A DNA stretch of 64,000 nt from Chrysochromulina tobinii. Its lineage: Eukaryota. The notes under the pieces were generated by a model, which saw only the letters and a program-made list of their open reading frames with translations, was not told the DNA's origin and made no database searches. Positions 43,970 to 54,244 of the stretch are shown piece after piece. Position 1 is the first letter of the stretch. Every line of letters starts with the position of its first letter. The stretch covers positions 1 to 64,000 of the forward strand of contig JWZX01003253.1 of NCBI GenBank assembly GCA_001275005.1, in the 5' to 3' direction. The translations under genes and the position numbers were made by a program.

Positions 43970-45610
43970 TCAGTTGAGCGGCTTCACCTTGAGCGTCAGG
44001 TCGACGTAGCCGCGGAGGATCGAGTCGAGCACCGCGTCGGGCGCCACGGAGGCCATGCCGTAGACGGCCGCGTTCCCCTTGGGCTTGAAGTCGGGGTGAG
44101 CGAGCAGCCAGCGCACGCTCTCGCCCAGATCTCGAAGTAGCTCGTCCACGAGCGCAGGCGTCTGATCGCCCAGTGGAAATGTAACCGTCGCGGGCTTCTG
44201 CCCAGTAAAGACGGACCATCCCTTCTGCTCGAGCAGAGTGGCGAGGGCGTACACGTTGAGGGTCTCGGAGCAGACGGGCACCGTGCATGCGTCCGAGTCC
44301 GCGCATAGCCGCAGCGGCGGCGTCGCGCGCACGAATGCCTTGATCTTCTCATGACATGCGCTGATCTCACGCGCCTTGGCCGCATAGCCCGCGCCACCCA
44401 CGTGCAACAGCGTGGCCCAGGCCGTCGCCATGATCGCACCCGATCGCGAGCCTTGCAGCGTCGGCGTCACATACAAGCCCTCGCACCCATCGGTAGAGGG
44501 CACGTACGTTGCACGGCGGAGCTCAGCAGTGCGGAAGGCGACGACGGAGACGCCTTTTGGAGCGCAGCCATACTTGTGCACATCGATGGACATGGAGGAG
44601 ACTCCTGGCACGGCGAAGTCAAAGGGCTTGGTGAGGAGCCCCTCTCGCGCCATGAACGAGAGCAAAAAGCCCCCCAAGCAGTTGTCCACGTGCAGCCCCA
44701 CGCGTGCCTCCATCGCCAAGGCGCCGAGCTCCTCGATGGCATCGATGACGCCATGGGCAAACGAAGGCGCGGACGCGTAGATCGCGACGGTCTGGCTGTT
44801 CAGGTACGGGCGCACGGCGGCCGCCCGCAGCGACATCGAGCTCGGCTCGAGCGGCACCTTGATGAGCTCGATCCCAAAATAGTGGCAGGCCTTTGTGATG
44901 GCTGGGTGCGCCGAGATTGCGCAGATGATCTGCGGCTCTGTGATGCCGCGTGCGCGCCCCGTCTCGCGGTAGGCGAGCGCGGCGAGCAGCACGGCCTCAG
45001 TGCCGCCCGAGGCGAGCAGACCACATGCACCCGCCTCGTGCCCGTGGACAATCGACAGCGTCATCGCGATCACCTCCGCCTCGTACTTGCGTAGCGTTGG
45101 GAAGACGCCGGGGTAGAGGGCGTTTGTGTCCACGTACTGCGACCAAATGCGCCCCTGCAACGTGGCGAGCGCGCCGCCGCTGTTGTGGTAGATGCCGCCC
45201 CACCTCTTCTGCGTCGCCCTCGCTGCATCCGCCCGCATCGCCTCCCCCGTCCGCTTCTCGAGCTCCTCCGCATCGATGCTCTGCTCCGGCAGTGCCGTGA
45301 CCGCGGTGGGGTCGCCGTCGCCGAGCAGATCCTTTTCGAGGTCAGCAAGCGCCTTCTTCTCTTCGGAGGCGACGAGCGAGGCCACACCTGGCACTGCCGC
45401 CGAAAACAACGCCAACAGGTGGCCGATGACGCACTTGTACACGCCGAGCGCGCCGACCCGGCGGAAGTGGGCCAGCAGAGCTGAGAGCTGGTGGAGGAGC
45501 AGGATGAGCAGAATTGCGCGCTCGACGGAGAATTCGACGGGGTTATTTGATAAGAGAGGTGGCGGCGGTGGCCGCGGGAGTGGCGCGTGGGCTGACTGGT
45601 GAGCGCCCAT
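43970..45610 (-). CDS. SGPL1: Sphingosine-1-phosphate lyase (PLP-dependent)
   Basis: N-terminal TM helix; GGIYH; TNALYPGVFP.LRKYEAEVI.M; SGGTEA; LHVDNCLGGF; SIDVHKYG (PLP Lys); Y.TPTL.GSRSG. Confidence 0.93.
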   Translation of the reverse strand: MGAHQSAHAPLPRPPPPPLLSNNPVEFSVERAILLILLLHQLSALLAHFRRVGALGVYKCVIGHLLALFSAAVPGVASLVASEEKKALADLEKDLLGDGDPTAVTALPEQSIDAEELEKRTGEAMRADAARATQKRWGGIYHNSGGALATLQGRIWSQYVDTNALYPGVFPTLRKYEAEVIAMTLSIVHGHEAGACGLLASGGTEAVLLAALAYRETGRARGITEPQIICAISAHPAITKACHYFGIELIKVPLEPSSMSLRAAAVRPYLNSQTVAIYASAPSFAHGVIDAIEELGALAMEARVGLHVDNCLGGFLLSFMAREGLLTKPFDFAVPGVSSMSIDVHKYGCAPKGVSVVAFRTAELRRATYVPSTDGCEGLYVTPTLQGSRSGAIMATAWATLLHVGGAGYAAKAREISACHEKIKAFVRATPPLRLCADSDACTVPVCSETLNVYALATLLEQKGWSVFTGQKPATVTFPLGDQTPALVDELLRDLGESVRWLLAHPDFKPKGNAAVYGMASVAPDAVLDSILRGYVDLTLKVKPLN

Positions 45611-45729
45611 TGTGAGCAAATGTGTGAACGTTGACACGATACACGCGACAGAAATGTACGGGTCAGAGACGTACTGTTCGAGAGTATGTTTTCAAGTTTT
45701 GCCCCAAGCACACTCATCACTTGTCGCGC

Positions 45730-46578
45730 ATGGGTGGTGTGCCCTTCCTCGCCGACGCCGCTGCCTGGAAGGCCGCTCATGTGGATGCTGGCAACAAGCT
45801 CGTCGCCGTCGACTTCACCGCCAGCTGGTGCGGCCCGTGCAAGATGATCGGTCCGCAGTTTGAGGCGATGCAGCCTCAATTCCCTCACGTGGTTTTCGCC
45901 AAAGTGGATGTGGACGACAACCAGGAGGTGGCGGCCCAGTGCGGCATTCGTGCGATGCCCACCTTCAAATTCTACCGGTGTGGCACGCAGGTGGCCGAGT
46001 TCACCGGCGCGGACGTCAGCAAGCTGCGCATGCTGCTGCAGATGCACGGCGGGCCACCTGTGGACATGAAGGCGAGCACGGAGGTCATTGCGTTCGGGCT
46101 CAAGGCACGCCCGGAGTGCAATGGGCGACGTGGCGTCGTTCGCTCGTTCGACACGACCAAGGGCCGGTACGCAGTCGAGCTCGGCGATGCGGGCGACATG
46201 CCCGCGGAGACGCTCGCCCTCAAGCGAGACAACCTGATGCAGGCACTCACGGTGGCACTTTCGGAGCCGACGGACGGTAGCCCAGGAGGCATTCCGGAGG
46301 CCTTGAGTGGCGTGCCCACGGTAGTTCTTGAAGGCTACGATCCGGACACGAATACGTACTGCGTCAGCTCGGCGAAGGGGTCGGTGGACCATGTGCCGAT
46401 CGCATGCTGCTCGCTGCCGGTAGGCGCTGTGGCGGTAGTCCTCGGGCTACAAAACGGGCAAGAGCACAATGGCAAGCCGTGCATGATCATGGGTGTCGCG
46501 GCGGATAGTGGGCGGCTCGAGGTGGCCGTTGACGCGGCTACGACGCTCCGGCTGAAGCGTGCCAACGTGCGAGCTTGA
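45730..46578 (+). CDS. Thioredoxin with two C-terminal SH3-like beta modules
   Basis: VDFTASWCGPCK...FAKVDVD...MPTF; then V...GL...PE.NG..G.V..FD...GRY.V.L and V.VLGL....EHNG......GRLEVAV. Confidence 0.9.
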   Translation: MGGVPFLADAAAWKAAHVDAGNKLVAVDFTASWCGPCKMIGPQFEAMQPQFPHVVFAKVDVDDNQEVAAQCGIRAMPTFKFYRCGTQVAEFTGADVSKLRMLLQMHGGPPVDMKASTEVIAFGLKARPECNGRRGVVRSFDTTKGRYAVELGDAGDMPAETLALKRDNLMQALTVALSEPTDGSPGGIPEALSGVPTVVLEGYDPDTNTYCVSSAKGSVDHVPIACCSLPVGAVAVVLGLQNGQEHNGKPCMIMGVAADSGRLEVAVDAATTLRLKRANVRA

Positions 46579-46798
46579 ATGGGGCCCAACGGCGAATGAC
46601 ACGCGGGCACACCCTGTGACACCTGGGGCACACACTCGTTTACCAAGTTAACAGGCGGCGCGAACCCGGGGGGTGAGAGAACTTGTGAGCTGGGGTTCGC
46701 GAGATTCGGTACATTCCGAGAATTTTCGTACCGAATGTTACGAGATTATAAATCACGTTGCAAAATCACGTATAATCTCCGATCTCTTTTGACCCCAC

Positions 46799-47620
46799 AT
46801 GCTGCTCCTCACACTCGCGGCGTCGGCCTTCCACGCGGCGCCTCATGTCTGTTCGGCGCCATCGAGGATGCGATTCACAGCATCAATTGCGGCGGTGGTG
46901 GCTGATGAGCAGGTGACGGCTCTTGAACCGCAGCTAGCTGCGCTCGAGGCAGCCGCCGTAGCTTTGGTTGGCAAAAAGCTCGACAGTGAGTCAGCCTCCA
47001 GGATCCGCGGCGTGTCCACCCTTCTTGGCAATCTGGCTGCAGACGACGACACTGCAGACGAGACGGAGAGCCCCGCCGCTAGCGACGACCTTCCAACGGA
47101 TCATTATCTATGGTTGCAAGCGGCGAGCGGCTCTGATGCACAGAGACGCTTGTGGCTGCGGGCGGACGCGTTCTTTGAGGCGATCGACGATAACGGCGAC
47201 GGGCAAATAAGCTTCGATGAGCTTGAGCAGCATCTCTCCGGCCTGGGCTTCAAGGCCGGCGCCATTGATCACATCTTCGATTTGCTCGACATATCACGTG
47301 ACGGGCTCATCACGAAGGAGGAGCTACGACAGACTCTCGTCACGTACGAAGACCCGGCGCTGCGCATGGCGCTGGGCCTCGGGGCTCCGGACGCTGACGA
47401 CGTCTTTGATGAGGTCGATGTCAACGGCGACGGCGAGATCTCGAGGGCAGAGCTCGCCGCGTATCTGGAGCTCAACTCATCATCAGCCGCCGACGTGCCT
47501 GCGTGCGCTCGGACTATCTTCAAGGCGTTGGACATTAACGGCGACGGCAGCCTGTCTCGCGAGGAGCTCCGGGTCGGCTTCGACGAGTATACCGAGTTCC
47601 GCCGTGTACTCGGCTTGTAG
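46799..47620 (+). CDS. Probably plastid-targeted protein with four EF-hands
   Basis: Signal peptide ending ASA-F plus a short basic transit-like segment; DDNGDGQISFDE, DISRDGLITKEE, DVNGDGEISRAE, DINGDGSLSREE. Confidence 0.85.
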   Translation: MLLLTLAASAFHAAPHVCSAPSRMRFTASIAAVVADEQVTALEPQLAALEAAAVALVGKKLDSESASRIRGVSTLLGNLAADDDTADETESPAASDDLPTDHYLWLQAASGSDAQRRLWLRADAFFEAIDDNGDGQISFDELEQHLSGLGFKAGAIDHIFDLLDISRDGLITKEELRQTLVTYEDPALRMALGLGAPDADDVFDEVDVNGDGEISRAELAAYLELNSSSAADVPACARTIFKALDINGDGSLSREELRVGFDEYTEFRRVLGL

Positions 47621-48170
47621 GTCCCACGAGCCACTCAAGCCTCTCGATCGCTGCGGATATACTTAGAACGGAGCGCGCGGACCACGAACTCTCAACTCAG
47701 CGCACTTCGACTGGACGTCTGAGCTCTGACCGATTGGGTTCGGTTGGGAGTCGAGTGGACAGTGGACCCGAACCCGTACCGTACTCACTCGACTACAGTT
47801 GGGAATGGGCCATTGGAACGATGCGTTTTTTGGAGCCCAATGCGATGTGAGTTAAATTTAGATGCGGCATCTAAGCGAAAGAAAACGTAGCAAAGTAACG
47901 GATAACGTAACGGTCCGCTCTGGCCCTCTGGCTCTCGTCTGCCCAGAGCAGCAGCACGCACGGGCGCACAGCCACGCACAGGTGCACGCTCCCGCACCCC
48001 CCGTCTCCGTCTAGCGTCTTAGTTGTGGAGCTTGCATGGTGCTTTGCGAAGGCCCAAGCCTAACTTTTTCCATGCCATGATGAACAATAGGTTGCATGCG
48101 TATGAACTTCTGGTTGTGGCCACGAAGCCGCGCTCCGCACAATAATGCCCGCCGCTAGCAAGGGCTTCGT

Positions 48171-51100
48171 CTAGGCTTCGAACTCGCTCTTGTAAGAGCC
48201 AGGGCCCGTCGGGCCTCCTTTCGAGCTGGGCGCCGCCTTCTTCTGATCACGTAGCGTCTTGGCCTGCAACATCTTTTCGCGAACTCCGCTGCCTTGGCTG
48301 CTGCCACTCAATTGCGGCGAGCGCTGGCCGCCGTTGTCCATCCGCTCGTCGAAGACCTCATCGATGCGCTCCGCTTTGGTGTTGATGGCCAACTCCTTCT
48401 GAGCTCGCGGCTTCGGAAGGACGTCTCGCGCGCTCACACGAGACGAGCCCAGTGGCGTGCTGTCTCCCTTTCGTGCCGTAGTGTCACCCTTACTCTTCTT
48501 CTTATCGCCGTCATGACGGCGCGCCGAGATGACGCCCGGCGGAAGGTTGGCCGCGCGCGGTGTCGTGAGCTGGCCGCCCTTCTCGGAGGCTCGCTTGGTC
48601 AACAGGCGCGGTGAGATGGGAGCGGCCGCGCGCTGCTTCACACCGGCTGGGCCCACCTCGTCCCACTTGATCTCCGAACCGGTCGCCGCCGCCGCCGCCT
48701 CGGCCCACGCACCGGCCGCAGTCCAAACTGACGAAGCCCATGAGCCCACGGCGGCCGTTACCTCCTTGACCCTCGCGGCTGCGCCCTCGATATCGAACAG
48801 GCGCGCGGCCTGCGTCTGACGCGGCGACAAAAAGTCGGGCGCCAGGTTGTCGATGCCGTCCTTGCCCGTGACACTGACCCATCCGAGAGGCTTGGAGGGC
48901 TCCTCTTCTTTGGCCACGCACACGCGCTGCGTGCCGTCCTCGAGATCGGCGCGCTGCAGAACGACCAGGCGCGAGCCTGCCGCGAGCTTGCCCGCCACAG
49001 CACTCTCGAGCGACGAGCCCTCGCGCATCTTGAGCTCGACACGGGCCACAAAGACTTCGTCCGTCGTGGGCCGATAGAGGAGGAAGAGCTCGTGCTTCGG
49101 GTCGAGGTTCTTGTAGCCCGCCCGTGTGAGCTCGGCATGCGTCGCCTTGAGGAAGATGACGAGATCCTTCCAGAAGAAGCCTCCCTGGCACATGTCGCGC
49201 AGCGTGTAGCCGGCCGCGCGCAGCTGCTTCGAGGTGAAGCCGGCCACGCGCAGCGCCCCCGCAGTGAATCCCACCGCCCGAAGCTCCTCTGCGTAATAGC
49301 GTGCGGCCTTGAGCTCGGTCGCAGTGTAGTCGCCCTCGGCGAGCTCGTGTAGGTGGAATCCCACCTTGCGAAGGATCTTAGACTCGTACCCGGCATGGCG
49401 CAGCGCACGCGTCGAGCGACCGTCCACTGCGAGCACCGCGTGCTCCGGGATGCCGCCCTCGCGCAGATCCTTGAGGCTGAAGCCCTGGTCCTTGAGGTCC
49501 TTGACCGAGTAGATGCCTCGCATGTCGGCCACCACGTAACCGTACTCGCGGAGCTCGCGCACGGCGTAGCCCGCCTCCTTGAGCTCGTACACCGCGCGTC
49601 CATCGACCGCCGCGACAGCGCGTGCCGTGAAGCCCGCATGCAGCAGTTCCTCCAATGAAAAGCCAAGCTCGTGCAGCTCCTTGATGACGGCGCCAGTGTC
49701 CTTGAGCTGCCCAGCGCCGTAGCCGTACGCTTTGAGCTCCGCCAACGAGAATCCGAGCTTGCGCAGCTGGATCGCGTCGAAGCCCGCCTCTCGCAGGGCG
49801 CCCACGCCGTAGCCGCACGCGATCAACTCGGCCGCGGTGAACCCGGCCACGAGCAGCTCCTTGGCGGTATAGCCTGCCTCGCTGAGGGCCTTGGCGCCGA
49901 TGCCCGCGAGCTTGAGCTCGCCTGCGGTGGCGCCGATGGCCTTCAGGTCGATGATTGCAAACTTGGCGTCGACGAGATCTTGCACAGAATAGCCGGACTT
50001 GCGCAGCTCGAGGCAGAGATAGCCGCAGACCTTCATCTCGTACGCGGAGTAGCCGCCCTCACGCAACTCCTTCGTCGGCCACGCGCCGTCCCTCCACTCC
50101 TCTATCCGAAAGAAAACCTTGCCCTTGCGCAACTCGGACGCAGTGATGTGCGGCGGCGGGCCGCCGCGCATCTCCTTGGCCGTGTAACCGCCAGTGTCCT
50201 CCAGCACGTCGCCCGTGTTCAGATCGACGCGTCCGCGCGCGCCGAGGGCAATCTCGGCGGCCGTGTAGCCTTGCTGCTTGAGCCGCTGCGCCGTGTACCC
50301 AATATCTTTCAGCGAGATCATGGGCGTACCCGCCGCCTTGAGCTGCACCAGCGACGTGCCAGCCTCCTTAATCTCTTGCGCCGTGTATCCCGCCTCCATG
50401 AGCTCCCACGCCTGGAAGTCGGCCCCTTTGAGCGAGATGAGGTCGTAGCCCGCCTCCCGCATGAGGACGGCGCTGTGGCCCGCCATGCGCACGCCGCGCG
50501 CTGCGTAGCCCGCCTCGTACATCTGCTTGATCGTGTAGCCCGAGTCGCTCGCCTCCTGCGCCGAGTAGCCCGCGTCCAAGATGCGCGTGCACTCGTAGCC
50601 AGCCTTCTTCATGTCCTGGGCCGTGTAGCCCGCGTCGCGCATCATCTGCACCGAGAAGATCAGAGCCTTGCGCAGGTCCATGGCTGTGAATTGGGCGGCG
50701 CGCAGGTCGGGGATCAGGTAGCCTGCCTCGCCGAGCTCGAGCGCCTTGTACCGACCCTCACGCAGCTCGTCGAGCGTGTACGACTGCGAGTTCTTCATCT
50801 GCTGCGCCGTGTACCCGCCGTCCTTGAGCTCGCGCGCATTGTACCCAATCTTGCACATCTCCTTGGCAGGGATCTCTGCCTCCCACATCTCCTTGGGGGT
50901 GTACCCGAGGTTCTTGAGCTCCAAGGGCGTGAAGCCGACGGCGGTCAGCTCCTTGGCCTCGAAGAAGCCCTCCTTGAGCTCTTTGGCGGTGAAGCCGATG
51001 TCGAGCAGCTCGCGCGCGCCGAAGCTCACATTCCGCAGCACCTCGGCACTCATCACGACCCTAAAGTGAGCGCGACGGCACATGCCCTTGGACATGAGCT

Positions 51101-53606
51101 GCGCGACCGCCTTTTGCCAGTTCTCGCGCTTGACGCGGCTGTTGCCCGCCTTCTGCGAGTCCGAAAAGATCTTGACCACCGGCGTGTACGAGACCTCGAG
51201 CTCGGACTCGCCCGCCTCCGGGTTGCGGTTCTTGCACAGCAGCTCGAACATGGCGTGCATCTCCTCGCGCTGGGGGCCGTCTTTGGAGAGGAATGGGGTC
51301 GCCATGAGCGTGGCGAACGCCTTCTCAGGCCCCGCGCGCAGCTGGAGCACCGGGATTCCCCACTTGGTCTTCTGCGAGATGATGAAGGTCTCGAGCGACT
51401 CGAGGGCCTTCTCATCGGACTGCATTACCGTGAGCAACGTCGAGAGCGCCGAGCGCTCCTCCCGCTTGATGGGCGGCATCCACTCGAAGCCCGCGAGCGA
51501 CAGGTTGAGGCGCACGAGCGAGTCGTTCTTGCCGAGGGCGTCGACGAGGGAGACCGCCTCGAGGTCCGAGATCTCGTACGCGCACGCCCATGACGTGATC
51601 GAACCTGCCTTGATGGCATCGAGCGGCAACCCAGCGCCCACGTTCCACAGCTGGATGCCCTTGAGCGCGACCGAGATGCCGGCCTCGCGCGCCTCCTGCA
51701 CGAGATCGTACCATGTCTTGAGCATTGTGAGCGACGAGATCAAGATCGACTTGGGCATGAGCTGGATGAAATTGCCGTTGTCGAACGTATACAGCAGATT
51801 GTCCACTTCGGAGGCGGTGCCGTCGCGCACATTCCTGCTCACGATGACAAAGATGACCGACTGCATGATCCACTGTGGAAGCGCCTCGACGAGCACCTCG
51901 GCGATCATGCGCGTCGCGCCGTATGCCGGCACGAAGAGGCGCATCGCCTCGGGCATCGGAGCATACGGCAGCAGACCAAACGGGCCGAGGAACATGAGGA
52001 AGTCGAAGAAGAAGCAGCCGAGGGGCATGCCGAAGTACAAGAAGACCTTGTAGAATGTGGAGTCGGTGCCGTACGTATTTGAGAGGTACGGGAGGACGCG
52101 CAGCCACACGACGAGGAACTGGCCGACGAGCAGGGACGCCGAGACGGCCGCGAATTTGTACGCATGGCAATTGTAGTAGAGCTGGGTGACCTGGAAATCG
52201 GAGATGAGATCCATAAAGTAGAGATAGATGGTCAGGACGCCCGAGATCGTCTTCTTGAGGATGGTCACCAACAGCTTGGTCGTATCGGCACAACCACCCT
52301 GGCGCGCCTTTTGCGCCTCCGCCTCTGCCGCCGCCGCCGCCTGCGCCTCAAGATCAACCTCCTCCGCCTTCTCCGTCTGCAGGGCCGAGAGCAGCTCAGC
52401 CAATTTGGCCACCTGCCCCTCGAGCGCCTTCTGACGGTCCTTGAGCGGCTTGCGCACCTCAGGGTCGGCGCCTTCGCCGCGTAGGGTCAGGTAGATGTTG
52501 ACCTCCTCGAGCTCCTCGCGCGCGTTGCGCAGCATGAGCATCATCGTGTCCGGGTCCGTCTGCGCCTTGGCCACCCGGGAGATGGCACTCGGCTTGGCTC
52601 CCACCTTCGAGCCGGCCCTCATGATGATCTTGTACTCTGCCATGTTGACGGTACCATCGGCGTCTGTGTCGGCGGCCTTCATCATCTCTTTCACAATTTC
52701 TGGTTCGAGCTTGCCGAACACCTGGGCGATGGCCTCTGCCATCTCGGTCCCGTCAATCTCACCCGAGCCGTCCTCGTCAATGTCGTTGAAGAGCCGCTCA
52801 AGTGTCTCGTCAGACGGGCCATCGGGACTATCCTCGAGCTCCTCGTACCCCGCGTCTTTCGCAGCTTGCGCCAGCGCGCGATCCCGGAAATATTTGTCGA
52901 TATCGGCCTGGAAGAGGAAGAACGTCACGCCGCACGCGAACAGTGTGAAGTCCACTGCAATGAAGCCCCCTGGCTGGTTCTTGCACAAGCTGTTGTACCC
53001 GTTGCCAATGGCATTGATCCACGTCTGCGGATCCAGGTTGGCGTTGCCGAAATAGGCGGCGATCGCCTTCATGGCGGTCATGAAGGGCATCAAAAGGATG
53101 CCGATCAGCACGTCCAGGTCGAGCGCCTCAGCCAGCGCCGTGAAGATACCAAGCACCACAAGCAAGAGAAGCTTCCAATCCTCGCTGTTGTCTTGCTGTT
53201 GTGTGTAATTCCCTTCCTCCTTCTTCTTCTTCTTCGTGGCCTTCTTGGCCTTCTCAAGCTTGGCCTTCTCCTTATTCACACGATCATCGGCCTCCTTCCT
53301 TGCCATCGCGTACTTTGGATCCGCTTTCTTTCCGTAGGCCTCTGGCGCAGCGAAAGTGGGCATGTACGACTTCTTGTTCGGCCCAGGCTTCTGCCACACC
53401 TCGAGCTTCTTTGGCGCGGCGGCTGGAGCGGCCGGTGCGGCGGACGGTGGCGCGACAGCAGGGGCGGCAGCGGTAGCTGACGCTGCTACAGCAGCAGGCG
53501 CCGCCAACGGAGCCGCCACCAAGAGAGGCCCTGACGGATCGCTGCTGCCTGCCTCAAGGTCCGGTGCTGCGTCATTTCGATTCAAATCGTCGCCATCGTC
53601 AGGCAT
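48171..53606 (-). CDS. Large membrane protein: N-terminal TM helices, EF-hand pair, XK-related TM domain, LRR-like segment, long G[YF]xAxELxxA decapeptide repeat, SH3-like domain
   Basis: DEDGSGEIDGTE and DTDADGTVNMAE; YLYFMDLISDFQVT..YY and RMIAEVLVEALPQWIMQ (XK-like D..SD and E..PQ..Q motifs); LVDALGKNDSLVRLNLS; repeats at ~49110-51030; MREGSSLESAVAGKL..G..L.V...R.....GWVS. Confidence 0.82.
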   Translation of the reverse strand: MPDDGDDLNRNDAAPDLEAGSSDPSGPLLVAAPLAAPAAVAASATAAAPAVAPPSAAPAAPAAAPKKLEVWQKPGPNKKSYMPTFAAPEAYGKKADPKYAMARKEADDRVNKEKAKLEKAKKATKKKKKEEGNYTQQQDNSEDWKLLLLVVLGIFTALAEALDLDVLIGILLMPFMTAMKAIAAYFGNANLDPQTWINAIGNGYNSLCKNQPGGFIAVDFTLFACGVTFFLFQADIDKYFRDRALAQAAKDAGYEELEDSPDGPSDETLERLFNDIDEDGSGEIDGTEMAEAIAQVFGKLEPEIVKEMMKAADTDADGTVNMAEYKIIMRAGSKVGAKPSAISRVAKAQTDPDTMMLMLRNAREELEEVNIYLTLRGEGADPEVRKPLKDRQKALEGQVAKLAELLSALQTEKAEEVDLEAQAAAAAEAEAQKARQGGCADTTKLLVTILKKTISGVLTIYLYFMDLISDFQVTQLYYNCHAYKFAAVSASLLVGQFLVVWLRVLPYLSNTYGTDSTFYKVFLYFGMPLGCFFFDFLMFLGPFGLLPYAPMPEAMRLFVPAYGATRMIAEVLVEALPQWIMQSVIFVIVSRNVRDGTASEVDNLLYTFDNGNFIQLMPKSILISSLTMLKTWYDLVQEAREAGISVALKGIQLWNVGAGLPLDAIKAGSITSWACAYEISDLEAVSLVDALGKNDSLVRLNLSLAGFEWMPPIKREERSALSTLLTVMQSDEKALESLETFIISQKTKWGIPVLQLRAGPEKAFATLMATPFLSKDGPQREEMHAMFELLCKNRNPEAGESELEVSYTPVVKIFSDSQKAGNSRVKRENWQKAVAQLMSKGMCRRAHFRVVMSAEVLRNVSFGARELLDIGFTAKELKEGFFEAKELTAVGFTPLELKNLGYTPKEMWEAEIPAKEMCKIGYNARELKDGGYTAQQMKNSQSYTLDELREGRYKALELGEAGYLIPDLRAAQFTAMDLRKALIFSVQMMRDAGYTAQDMKKAGYECTRILDAGYSAQEASDSGYTIKQMYEAGYAARGVRMAGHSAVLMREAGYDLISLKGADFQAWELMEAGYTAQEIKEAGTSLVQLKAAGTPMISLKDIGYTAQRLKQQGYTAAEIALGARGRVDLNTGDVLEDTGGYTAKEMRGGPPPHITASELRKGKVFFRIEEWRDGAWPTKELREGGYSAYEMKVCGYLCLELRKSGYSVQDLVDAKFAIIDLKAIGATAGELKLAGIGAKALSEAGYTAKELLVAGFTAAELIACGYGVGALREAGFDAIQLRKLGFSLAELKAYGYGAGQLKDTGAVIKELHELGFSLEELLHAGFTARAVAAVDGRAVYELKEAGYAVRELREYGYVVADMRGIYSVKDLKDQGFSLKDLREGGIPEHAVLAVDGRSTRALRHAGYESKILRKVGFHLHELAEGDYTATELKAARYYAEELRAVGFTAGALRVAGFTSKQLRAAGYTLRDMCQGGFFWKDLVIFLKATHAELTRAGYKNLDPKHELFLLYRPTTDEVFVARVELKMREGSSLESAVAGKLAAGSRLVVLQRADLEDGTQRVCVAKEEEPSKPLGWVSVTGKDGIDNLAPDFLSPRQTQAARLFDIEGAAARVKEVTAAVGSWASSVWTAAGAWAEAAAAATGSEIKWDEVGPAGVKQRAAAPISPRLLTKRASEKGGQLTTPRAANLPPGVISARRHDGDKKKSKGDTTARKGDSTPLGSSRVSARDVLPKPRAQKELAINTKAERIDEVFDERMDNGGQRSPQLSGSSQGSGVREKMLQAKTLRDQKKAAPSSKGGPTGPGSYKSEFEA

Positions 53607-54244
53607 GCCACCTCCGCGGTTAGAGGCAGCAGCCACGAACTGTTCAAGATGTGCGCTATATGCGCGCGCTTCTTCCGCTGGCGTCGACGCGCGCCTCTGC
53701 TGTCAGAGCCCACACGGAGCGCGCACGCACGCCGCCAGCGACGTTGAGGGCCAAAAGTTTTTTTTGGCCAATCCCCCTCAATGACATCTTACCCCACATT
53801 GAACCGTACACACCACACGTCAACAGCAATACTGGACTCCCCCACATGAAGGAATACACGGCATAGCGCGAAAACGCAACGGGGTCACATTCTTGATTCT
53901 TCCGACACACTAGGGATCTAGGGTGTTCGCGAGATCAGAGGAGAGAAAGTCTGTAACATGGGGTCCGAGTCACTGATGCCGATGTTGTAGCTGTAGGACC
54001 GGAGTAACAGTCCGACAGTCCATCTCGACGTGAACGAGTTTTGCCGAATTCCAAATGTCCCGAGGAAACGACAAATCCGCGGGCCCTCGCCAGCAGCGCT
54101 GAAGAAACGCAGAAGCGCACTGCCGAGGCGTTGCCTGCAGGCACCACGTCAGGTCTCGCTGCCAAGAAGCAACGGCGCAGCGGGCAGTACGTGGCTGTCC
54201 GCCAAACGTGGGTTGAAAACTTCGAGGACCCGGAGCCGTGTTCG

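Noticed and set aside
49671..51593. 640-aa plus-strand ORF and other long antisense ORFs (e.g. 4303-5334, 24174-25418, 56247-57662, 58454-59974)
   Set aside because: Shadow frames expected opposite high-GC3 genes; no independent motifs.
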